A DNA stretch of 30,150 nt from Macrostomum lignano (Eukaryota), in assembly GCA_002269645.1 (NCBI GenBank), contig NIVC01004957.1:1-30150 (forward strand), given 5' to 3'. Positions 1-10,500 of the stretch are shown piece after piece. Position 1 is the stretch's first letter. Every line of letters begins with the position of its first letter. The translations under genes and the position numbers were made by a program. Under the pieces are notes generated by a model. The model did not search any database and was not told where the DNA came from. It was given only the letters and a program-made list of their open reading frames with translations.

Positions 1-149
1 ACATAGACTGCGTTGGCGGCAAACGGGGAATACATAGGCTGCAAAATGCTATGTTCTTTACTAGACTCGTTTGGCTGGTTTATCTATGGTAAAACCCCAT
101 TTAGTCAGATTGCTCCGTCTTCGATATATTTAAACTCCTCCTACGCCAG

Positions 150-555
150 AGAACTCTTTTATTGGGCTAATTTAATCTTCTGGGCACGCACATAGACCAT
201 TTTTTGCACTTTTACGAAGCATGCAGCGGCTGTGACCTCCGCTGTCGCCTCCTCGGCCACTCTGCGTGTCACCAGCATTCGCCACTGGTACAGGGGAGTC
301 CAATTCTCTCTGCATTCCAAGCTGTGTCAGAGTTCCTTTGATTGCCTCCTTCAAGGAGTGAGCCTCCTCCACGATATCAAGGAACGGGGAGTACGGTGGC
401 AGCACCTTGACACTTCAGGTGGCTCTGCACGTGCTGCTGTGGCACATTTACTCCGTTGTGATAGCTGCCGCCGTCCACCACGAGGCAAAACTTTTCGAAG
501 TCACTAAAATCAGCCAGTCCAGTCAGTTCGTATCGCTTCTTGATCGACATTTCGG
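150..555 (-). pseudogene. Degenerate Tc1/mariner-IS630-type DDE transposase, C-terminal fragment with frameshifts
   Basis: Minus strand reads ...EKFCLVVDGGSYHNGVNVPQQHVQSHL. After a 1-nt shift it reads KVLPPYSPFLDIVEEAHSLKEAIK. These match the second catalytic D (cf. DNAxxH) and the LPPYSPDLNPIE-type E motif, roughly 34-35 residues apart. A further shift gives AEEATAEVTAAACF. The 5' part is replaced by the 22-bp array. Confidence 0.65.
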
Positions 556-560
556 TGATT

Positions 561-1181
561 CACTCTGTCACAGCTCCTGACTCACTCTGTCACAGCTCCT
601 GACTCACTCTGTCACAGCTCCTGACTCACTCTGTCACAGCTCCTGACTCACTCTGTCACAGCTCCTGACTCACTCTGTCACAGCTCCTGACTCACTCTGT
701 CACAGCTCCTGACTCACTCTGTCACAGCTCCTGACTCACTCTGTCACAGCTCCTGACTCACTCTGTCACAGCTCCTGACTCACTCTGTCACAGCTCCTGA
801 CTCACTCTGTCACAGCTCCTGACTCACTCTGTCACAGCTCCTGGCTCACTCTGTCACAGCTCCTGACTCACTCTGTCACAGCTCCTGGCTAACTCTGTCA
901 CAGCTCCTGACTCACTCTGTCACAGCTCCTGACTCACTCTGTCACAGCTCCTGACTCACTCTGTCACAGCTCCTGACTCACTCTGTCACAGCTCCTGACT
1001 CACTCTGTCACAGCTCCTGACTCACTCTGTCACAGCTCCTTACTCACTCTGTCACAGCTCCTGGCTAACTCTGTCACAGCTCCTGGCTAACTCTGTCACA
1101 GCTCCTGGCTAACTCTGTCACAGCTCCTGACTCACTCTGTCACAGCTCCTGACTCACTCTGTCACAGCTCCTGACTCACTC
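561..1181. repeat. Minisatellite, 22-bp unit CACTCTGTCACAGCTCCTGACT, about 28 copies
   Basis: Near-perfect tandem units read directly, with a few GGCTC/GGCTA variants around 840-890 and 1060-1110. Confidence 0.97.
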
Positions 1182-2069
1182 CATATGTAAGTACATATAT
1201 GCTGGAACATAACTCGTATTACTTGCTTGCAAGCCTCCAGTGCTGTAGAATTTCTAAAAAGAATTGGCGAGTTTGAGAGTGCATCGACTACACTGAGCAA
1301 GAGTCCATTAACAAATCTAGTTTACTGCGACTATAGAAAAATAAAACTGAGCAGTTTTAGTCGCTCTACTCACTACTCATTTTATATAGTAGGTAGATAG
1401 TCTGCAAACTGGCGTCAGATCGCAGTCGTAGCAACCGAGTTTCTCTCAGCGGGTCTGTCGCAAGCTAGCTTGGTTGTGTACAGAGCAGCATGTACAGACG
1501 TGCGGCTGGTTCGGGTATCCGTTGCTCAACATGCCATTCATCTGGGACAGAGTTAGCAGAGAGTGTGCTGGACGATTGCGCACAGAGAGCGTTGCATTTC
1601 GTCGTCCCACATTGAATGCTTCGCAGATAGCGTTACAAACAACAAACAGTACGTCAACACCATTCGGACTTCTGCAAATGATGCATTTTAGAATTGTGTC
1701 ACATAACACACCCCTAAGCTCAAGTAGCTCAAGTATTGCAGTTATGGAGTATGGAAAATGACGGAATAGAAACAAGTAAGGGTGGCTGACTCAACTGGAG
1801 TGACATGGACATGGATTGGAGACTCTCATATAACTTTTACTCTCTTCTAGCCATTTCGTCTATGGCAAAGGCTCCGGATATACATAGGCCCTATCCGGAT
1901 GATGTACGGATAATCCGTACACCAAGAAAAATTCCGTCAAGATTTGGCTCGCGCATGGATTAAATCGGATTTTACCAAAATTGAAGTTGACTTCTGTTTC
2001 GTCGTGCCATGCGGCTGCCATTGAATGTGGAAATTTAAGCGGAGTCTGTCATTATAGAATGGTGTACTC

Positions 2070-2103
<34 letters not shown>

Positions 2104-3059
2104 CCGTTGATTTCTCACGTTTTCATCATTTACACGCAGAGAGCCAGTCTATTACACTTGATGCAGTGATGTCTGCATACAGGTGTATTTGAGAAGCGTG
2201 CATCTTTAACTGCTGCCACCTCATTAATGAATTGGTAGGGTAACACATGGCAGCTTTGGTCGGAACAGGGACTAAGGACAGCGCTAGTTTATAACTAGCC
2301 TCCACTATAGTCCATTGCAAGGCCAGTAGTGCACAGTCCCAGAACAGAATTATTATCCCACAGAACATTGCTTGGAATTGCTCAAGTACTGCACTGCATT
2401 GGCGATGTAGAAATTGTCGGCCACCCCGAACTGAAACGGTGGGTGTGTAATGAAGTGTAAGCTTAAATTAATATAGCATTTTCCAAGACAGTTAAGTCAA
2501 GGAGCCGGCAATTCAATCCTTTGTGGGAGAATAAAGCTATTAAAGAATTGCTTTTCAACCCAAAAATGGTGCACAGATGCTCAATGACTGTTCAAACCAT
2601 TGCCTACCAGACCTTCGGCCCTCGTGATTTATAAAAATAGCTCCATCAAAAGGCATGTTTAATCTTCTAAGAGTGCATAAAAAGCTTGTCAAGCAAGTTT
2701 TTTAGAGATACTATCGAAGACACCGGCACGCCATGGCAAAGTTCTGAGAGATATTTCAGTGGTTCCTGTCGTTTTTGTGCACTTTTAGACACGGATTTTT
2801 TCTATGGAAAAACCCATTCAAAGGTTATAAAAAGCGAATATTTATGAATGAATTTCTAGAACACAGTTGTATTTTAAATGTTGGCGGTTCTGGCGCTCAT
2901 TTTGATCCAGATCTCCAATAGCGGAATGAAATACGGTATTCCAACAATTATTCGAAACCCTATGAAGCTACGCTACCTGTTTATCGCCAGTGGGCACGGC
3001 AGGAAAGCGCAGACCACCAACAATGAGAGCAAAATTATAGGCTCAAGTGGTGCACGTTC

Positions 3060-3282
3060 ACAAACTGCAAATTTTCATATTTTTTTTCGCCCAGAGCGAG
3101 CTTTGGAGGTAATGAAAATGCAACAATGGTTAGGTTGAAAAAAGAATGGGTAAGAAAAATATAATAGGTTATAAAAAGAATGGAGGCTTTGCCAGAAGAA
3201 TCACCATAAGCAATGCACTGCGCGCCCCGAAAAAAAACTAGAAAATAAGAAATAACCACACTATGCTAAATTTGCAGTTTGT
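3060..3282. mobile_element. Possible MITE-like element (about 220 bp) upstream of the channel gene
   Basis: Perfect 15-bp inverted repeat ACAAACTGCAAATTT (3060-3074) / AAATTTGCAGTTTGT (3268-3282) around an AT-rich interior. No clear target-site duplication. Confidence 0.35.
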
Positions 3283-3507
3283 AAAGGTACGGCGCTTCTA
3301 CAATCTTAACAGCTGCTGCACAAATTCAATATAAAGCGGAGGGGCTGAGCATTTTTATATGAAGTAAACTTCGCTGCGACGCCATCAGTGGGACACTGGC
3401 TCTCAAGAGGGTTTACCACCCCCAAGCCAGCTGGCCCACAAGCCTTGAGGCGCGTTTTAGTCCAGACGCTGCACTATAACCAGAAGAACTGTCGTCCAAA
3501 TTCAGAA

Positions 3508-6198
3508 ATGACAGTCGGAAGCAATGCAGGCGGCTCAGTCAGACGGCGATGGGAGGTGCGCAAGCATTGGAACGATTTTCTGGTGACTTCATCTGTGCGA
3601 GGACTGAAACGAACCACAACATCGGAGACTCGCTTCCTTCGCCTGTTCTGGGTCGTATTCCTGCTTGGATCGCTGGCGCTGATGCTCTACCAGATCAGCT
3701 CCGTGGTGGATACCTACTTGCATCAGAAGGACTCCACAGCGATGCAGAGCAAGCAGCTTGACATTGACGTACCCTTCCCAGCTGTGTCCGTGTGTCGAGA
3801 GGCTACCTACTCCTCTCATAAGCAGATGCGACAGGCTATGGAGCGACATAACGCTTCGGTAACCACGCCGCAGTCTTACAGCCGCCGGGTGGCCGACCTG
3901 CTTTATCGGCATTTCCGCAACGCCACCAATATGACAGAGGACGAGCTGGAAGAGGCCAAGATGGCCTTACTTAGGTTCGACACGGCCAGATCATATCAGG
4001 TAATGGTTCATTTCTTACAAGATAATTTACAATAACTGTTCGAGTCCTGTATAGGGGGCTCAGCGGTAAACGCGTTTGTCTCTTGTGTCACAAGCCCTGG
4101 TTCGATTCCTGCGCGGCTACATTCATTTAGGGCTTGTGCACAAAAACTGGCTAGGGGGTTGTCGAGCCATTCACACCAGGGCCAACCACCAAGGCACAGA
4201 TGGTGTAAATGTCTGACGACTACAAAGTCAAAAAGCCGCTGTGTGAGTGTGATTATGAGTGCGTGCCTGCGTACAGTATAGGCGGTCTTGCATGTGCTCA
4301 GGAGTCAGCGGAATGTGCAGAATTGCCTCAGAGCTGGTTGTGGTACGACGTCGCCCAGAGCGTCATCATTTCATATTAAGAGGTCTAAATCCAACCTGCC
4401 AATTTTGTATTATTTTCGTCCCTGGTTTGGAGTCACTCGTAAAGGGCAGGTGACAGATTTAATGGCATATCTAAATGCTCACGAATCCTCCAGGCCCAGA
4501 TTCCTCGGGCAGCCATCAAAGAGGTGGCTCTACCACTGATTCGTCAAATAGCAACAGCCCGAGCAAATTTTGCTAACGGCAGTTCCACCAGTCTGGCATC
4601 TAACATGGACATCATCGGCATGGACGTGGAAACAGATGACTACCCTAGCTCGAGTTACGACGCCGAACTATGGGGCATGCGGGTCATGGACTTTTACCAC
4701 TGGCGCTACTTTCTGTGCCAGACGCTGGAGATCACCTTGTCTAGGGAGGAAATGAACGAAATGCGCAGCCTCGACCTGCTTCTCTGGTACGCGGCTGATG
4801 ACTTCAACACCAGCATCTCGGGTGTCGCGGATCGAGCCTTTGCCATGCGCGGCTTCTGGTCAGCTGACGGCATCCGACTGGCATTGCATCCGGCAGGGGA
4901 GCATGGCAAGGTGCACATCGACAACGGCGCCACGCTGGTGCGAAGCGGCGGGTATTCGGAGATCCGGTTCAGACCCAGCATCACCAGGTGCTGGAAAAAA
5001 TTACTATAGCGCAGAAAAAATTACTTGATTTTTTCTGTCAAGAAGTCAAGTAAATCAAGTAAAAATTACTTGATTTTTTCTGCGCTATAGCTCTAAGAAT
5101 AAAGTGCAATCGTCCTAAGACAGTACGCGATGTTTTAATGACTAATCAATTTACACATGTACTGTAGTATATAGAGTACTGCTTTCTCAGACCATATTTC
5201 ATACGTTTTTGCGGGGTTCAGAATCTGATCTCAAATTGGATAACCAAGGACTCAAGGTAACTTGAGACATGATGACTTACGAAAAAAGGGTCAGTTAGGA
5301 TTTCAAGTCGCACATCATGTAAATAGACATAATTATTTGTCACACAGCATTGCTTTGGAATATTTTCGTTGTAGTATCGTTGTTTTGTTTATTTAACGTT
5401 GTAGTAAACGGCTACGCACAATCGCAATTGCAGGTACTTGAACTGCTCAGACAGAGAGCTACAGCACGGTGACCAGGGCGGCTACAGCTACAACATGAAC
5501 GACTGCAAGTACCTCAACTACGACGAAGAGCTGCGACGTCAGTGCAACTGCACAATGGACCCGCTGGCCTGGGACTATCACCAGTGCATACGCATCAACT
5601 GGACCGATTTGGATATGTCCGACTGGGCGGCTGCATGGGCAGAGTCGAGTGGAACCGCAAGTCCTGCAGCCGCCCGGCCTGCACTCACACCGAATATCGG
5701 TACGAGGCCTCGTTCGCGCCCTGGAACATCAACGACTTCCAATGGAGGTGGATTGTCGACCTGCTGCTCAATAGAGACGAAGCCCTGCCGCTCTATCTGG
5801 CCATGTCGCAGGTGGGCGAGGCGGAGAGCGGTATCGACTATCGCGAGTCGTCGGCGCTTTTTCAGCGAATTAAAAACAACCTGACTTCGCTGACCATCAG
5901 CCGGCAGAGCGGCCTGGTCGCCTACCAGCAGGAAGTCCGCCTAACCAGCATTGCCAACATGCTCAGCAGCTGTGGCGGCGCCCTGTCACTGTTCATGGGC
6001 ATCACACTCACTCTGATGGCCGAGTTCATCGAATTTCTCTACAAGTTGTTTCGCCCGGCTTTCCAGCGGAGTAAGACGCCAGCGAAACAGCAGGACGCAG
6101 CTTCAGACAATGAAGGCCAGGCAGACCGTAAAGAAGGTGACAGCAAAAATGAGTCAGTCACGTTGGATTCCGTGCAAGTTGTGGAACAAGAAGTCTGA
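3508..6198 (+). CDS. DEG/ENaC/ASIC-family (amiloride-sensitive) sodium channel subunit, about 583 aa if the frameshift near 5611 is corrected
   Basis: Exons 3508-3999 (donor GTAATG), 4494-4987 (donor GTGCTG) and 5434-6198, with compatible phases 0 and 2. Motifs: pre-TM1 TSSVRGL, TM1 RLFWVVFLLGSLALMLYQI, FPAVSVC, GIRLALH...G...SEIRF, Cys-rich thumb (DCKY..QCNC..QC..GCM..SC..PAC..EYRYEASFAPW) and TM2 LSSCGGALSLFMGITLTLMAEFIEF. Exon 3 needs a -1 frame change near 5611. The ATG at 3508 is inferred; the ORF track starts at an upstream GTG. Confidence 0.88.
4055..4328 (+). mobile_element. tRNA-derived SINE-like element, copy 1 (channel intron 1)
   Basis: Pol III A-box-like GGCTCAGCGGTAAA (about 4057-4070) and B-box GGTTCGATTCC (4099-4109). 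The 3' body (AGCCGCTGTG...GAGTGCGTGCCTGCG.ACAGTAT.GGCG...GAGTCAGCGGAATG..GCAGAATTGCC) is shared with 12908-13075. The stems do not close into a cloverleaf. Confidence 0.7.
5004..5090. mobile_element. Small MITE-like/foldback element in channel intron 2
   Basis: Perfect 17-bp terminal inverted repeats CTATAGCGCAGAAAAAA (5004-5020) / TTTTTTCTGCGCTATAG (5074-5090), with an internal direct repeat AAAAATTACTTGATTTTTTCT. Confidence 0.6.
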
Positions 6199-7092
6199 CA
6201 ATCTATAAAAATTGTTCACTGTACGAGTGACTATAGAGCAGTGATTTTTACATGTACAATGTACAGAATAGCTTTAACAGCGAGTTTAAAGCAAGGCATT
6301 CTAGACCAGCAGAAGGACGATGCAATCACTCGGAAATCGTGGAAGATTTGAAAGTTTTTTGGCCCCTATACGAGCGTATAACTAAATAACAAAACAGCTG
6401 GTATGAGCTAGTATGCTTCACTCTAATACTCGTAGAATCCTTTCTATGTATATTTTTGTGGACGGATTCTCTGGAAAGGCTCGAATTTTGCTTAATTCCG
6501 GTTTGCTGTAGTTAAGGCTCATTCCCACCGCCATCTAATGGGGTGAATTTTTCCACGATTACATCAGTGCATCAATCAAGTGATTCGATGGCTCCTTTGA
6601 GTGAGTTTTTAATTTGATTATAATCAGTCGAGGACTATCTATGTAAATTTTTACAGCTAAAGAACCATCAGCCATTTACGAGCGCTGTGTCCTAATAGGA
6701 GTTATTGCAGCTCAACCATTGCGGTAATTGATGTAGATTTTGGCAACTACGCAAGTAAATAGTACCTTTGCTGAATCGGTTGCGCTTACTTGTAGTCGTA
6801 TTCTGTATCATGAGTTCGTCATAAGTACCGGTCAAACTACTGGTAGTAATAGTACACGTAAATAAATTCTCGCTAGCAGCACTTACTTATTAAGGGCAGT
6901 GTATCATCTGCCCTGTCATTTCGGTTCAAAACATTTTCGACAAGAAAAATATATACCTTAACTATATTTAATTTTTTGAACAATTGAAAATTCTCCTTTT
7001 ATAAGATATTATCGTAAATTTTGTTTTGTTATTTTTAACGTAGCGTCACTTGAATTGTTAAATGCTTAAGATTCAGTTAATCCTTATCAGGG

Positions 7093-7268
7093 ATGGTCAA
7101 GTATGGTTCTTGGTGTGGTCAGGGATGATTCTTGGGGTGGTCAGGTACGGTTTATGGTGGGGTCAAGGATAGTTCTTGGAATGGTCAGGGTCGATTCTTG
7201 GAATGGTCAGGGTTGATTCTTGGAATGGTCAGGGTCGATTCTTGGAATGGTCAGGGTTGATTCTTGGA
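7093..7268. repeat. Minisatellite, 22-bp unit ATGGTCAGGGTYGATTCTTGGA
   Basis: Four clean copies at 7181-7268 preceded by about four degenerate ones, between the convergent channel and kinase genes. Confidence 0.85.
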
Positions 7269-7594
7269 TAGTTTTTTTAGGAATTTAGCTCTTGGTTTGT
7301 ACTTTAAGCATGAATGAAAATTAATAAACCTATCAAACGAATCCGCCAGCAATTGAATTCGTTGCGCTTAATTAACATCAACAGAACGCATTCGAACGCG
7401 AGGCTACTGTGTATTGATGGATGACCTGATGAAGTAGAAAAATATTGCGCTAAGAAGCTACAAAACCGAAATAGAATGTTATAAAAATAATATTCAATAG
7501 ATAAATTCTGAACGCAACCGGCAAGCCATTGGGAAACTTCAAGTGACTGTTTGAGTCTTCAAATGAGCACGTTACCAAGCCTATAGTTAATGGC

Positions 7595-10500
7595 CTATTT
7601 AAAAACAGATGCACGTCTCTGCTCGATCGCCCGCCAAAGCCGGCTGACAACTCCAGATCTGAAAGGTTGGTTAATAGGGGCAATTTCTAATTCCAACTAA
7701 AAGCACTGGTGTTTCTGGTGTTTCTACAGCAGATTTTGGGATACCAAAAATCCTCAATTGGGAAGATTTTGAGACACAAAAACCCTCAAATCGGGCAGGT
7801 GTTGAGAGACCAAAAAACCCTTAAATCGGGCAGATTTTGAGACACCAAAAACTCTCAAATCGAACAGCTTCTGAGACACCAAAAACCTTCAAATCGGGCA
7901 CGTTTTGAGACACCAAAAACCCTCAGATGGGCAGATTTTGAGACACCAAAGACCCTCAAATTGGACAGATTTTGAGATACGAAAGACCCTCAAATTGGGC
8001 ACATTTTGAGATAGCAAAGACCCTCGATTCAGACAGGTTTTGAGACACCAAAAATCCTCAAATTGGGAAGATTTTGAGATAGCAAAGACCTTCGATTCAG
8101 ACAGGTTTTGAGGCACCAAAAATCCTCAAATTGGGAAGATTTTGAGATAGCAAAGACCCTCGATTCGGGCAGGTTTTGAGACACCAAAAATCCTCAAATT
8201 GGGCAGGTTTTGAGACACCAATAACCCTCAATTCAGGCAGTTTTTGAGACACCAATAACCTTCAAATTGGGCAGATTTTGAGATAGCAAAGACCCTCGAT
8301 TCGGGCAGGTTTTAAGACACCAAAAACCCTCAAATCGGGCAGGTGTTGAGACACTAAAAAACCCTTAAATCGGGCATATTTTGAGACACCAAAAACCATC
8401 AAATCGACCAGATTTTGAGACAATAAAGACCCTCAAACTGGGCAGGTTTTGAGACACCCAAACCCTCACTCAGGCAAGTTTTGAGACACCAAAAACCCTC
8501 ACCTCAGGCAGGTTTTGAGACACAAAAAAACCCTCAAATGGGCAGCTTTTGAGACAACAAAAACCCTCAATTCGGGCAGATTTTGAGACACCAAAACCCT
8601 CAAATCGGGCAGGTGTTGAGACACCAAAAAACCCTTAAATCGGGCAGATTTTGAGACACCAAAAACCCTCAAATCGAACAGCTTCTGAGACACCAAAAAC
8701 CCTCAGATGGGCAGATTTTGAGACACCAAGACCCTCAAATTGGACAGATTTTGAGATACGAAAGACCCTCAAATTGGGCACATTTTGAGATAGCAAAGAC
8801 CCTCGATTCAGACAGGTTTTGAGACACCAAAAATCCTCAAATTGGGAAGATTTTGAGATAGCAAAGACCCTCGATTCAGACAGGTTTTGAGGCACCAAAA
8901 ATCCTCAAATTGGGAAGATTTTGAGATAGCAAAGACCCTCGATTCGGGCAGGTTTTGAGACACCAAAAATCCTCAAATTGGGCAGATTTTGAGACACCAA
9001 ACACCTCACACAGAGAGAGTCTCACTCAGATGTACCTGAGCGGCATTCGGCGCAGGTCCTCCTTGTCGCAGTGCATCAGCGAGTCCAAATCCCAGTCATT
9101 GTCGGCCAGAGTCAGCAGCTCGGCTGGCGACAGGCCGGCGGTGGTGGCCGCCCACTCAGCTAAGTCGGCAGCGTCGGAGCGTGACACGGCAGGAGCAAGT
9201 AGTGTTGGCGGCGGCAGCGGCGGCGGCGGCAGCGGCGACGGAGGAACCGAGAGCGGCGGCGGCGTAGACTGAGCAGTTGATAGCGGTGCCGTCTGCGACA
9301 TTGGTGGTAGCTGAGCGGCGGATGTTGCAGCTGAAGCAGCCTGGGTTTTTTAAAGTAAAAAAGACATGCAAACTGGCATACAGCTTTATGATAGACCCAG
9401 CCTAACTAGAGCTCCTGCATGAGACAGTCCTACCACAGCAAACCAAACCAACCCAACCAAAACGCACCCCGACTTTGCCGCGCAGCTCCTCTAGAAGGGC
9501 ATCAAACGCCAGAATCCAATGGGGTGGCAGGCGGCTGCCAGCCAAAATTTTGGCCACCGCCTGGCCCAGACGGCGCAGCGCCAAGGCGTTGGTTTGAAGG
9601 CCGCGCAGCTGCTCAGGCCGGCGCTCCAGCATGTAAGCGCTGAGCCGGTCAAGCAGCTTTGACAACTCGGCAGTGACATCGGCTTTGAAAGCTGAGCCAT
9701 CGGCTGCGAGCAGCTCAGACCAGTACTCAATGAGGCGCTGCCTATCCTGCTGGAGCAGGTCGCAGAGCCGCTGACGGAGTTCGCAGTCGCGACTGTACAG
9801 CTTCAGGATGCGGCGTCTGCTGGCCTGGGGCCTGCAAAGTGTGCGTCGATATTCAGGGGTACCGAGGGACCACCAGACCACAGGAGGGTCTGGGGAACTA
9901 AAAAATACCAAAATGGAACTGAGGAGCTACTAAATACCCAGGTTGAGCTGAGGAGCTACTAAATACCCAGGTGGAGCTGAGGAGCTACTAAATACCCAGG
10001 TGGAACTGAGGAGCTACTAAATACCCAGGTGGAACTGAGGAGCTACTAAATATCCCCGTCGTACGGAGTACCTTCATAGCTGAGTGCAAGTTAGACTGCA
10101 GATAGCCAGTCCCCCAGCAACACGAACCCGTCTTGTCCTCCCTGCTGGTGCAAAGCAATCAGCTGGTTGGCAGCATCGGCCAGAAATCTGTCAGCCAGCA
10201 GCTGGGCGCAGGTGGCCCGCCGGCCGGGCTCCGGGGTGAAGCAGCGTAAGCAGAAATTGCGGCAGGCTTCGCTGCATCCGTTTGGAATGTCCGGGTGCCG
10301 GCGGTACATACCGATCTGGGTGTTTTAATAGCTCAGAATTTTACTTTTTTAATCTTCGTTACCTGAATAAAATATTATTGGAACATACGAGAATGTAGCA
10401 GTGATAGGAAGCAGAAGCACGCACCCTAAATCTATATAGCAATATTTTTATCAATAGCGAAAAATACTGCAGAAACTTTACACTGCACCAGTCACATAAG

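Noticed and set aside
561-1181. CRISPR array (also considered for 16574-16992)
   Set aside because: The units abut with no unique spacers, there are no cas genes and the context is eukaryotic.
1446-1775. 109-aa minus-strand ORF containing MLSNGYP, reminiscent of the NGYP motif of Penelope-like retroelements
   Set aside because: Only a short motif matches. No RT or GIY-YIG motifs are visible nearby, so it cannot be supported without an HMM search.
3388-3507. N-terminal extension of the channel from the GTG at 3388
   Set aside because: A non-ATG start. The ATG at 3508 gives a typical short cytoplasmic N-terminus.
4055-4115. Functional tRNA gene (also 12908-12965)
   Set aside because: A and B boxes are present, but the D, T and acceptor stems do not pair. 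The shared non-tRNA tail indicates a SINE.
5600-5620. Programmed -1 ribosomal frameshift in the channel
   Set aside because: No X-XXY-YYZ slippery heptamer or obvious downstream pseudoknot. Mutation or sequencing error is simpler.
7889-8898. LRR-looking minus-strand ORFs ([11 protein letters not shown]...)
   Set aside because: They are translations of the 34-bp array. The unit is not a multiple of 3 and the array lies inside a phase-consistent intron.
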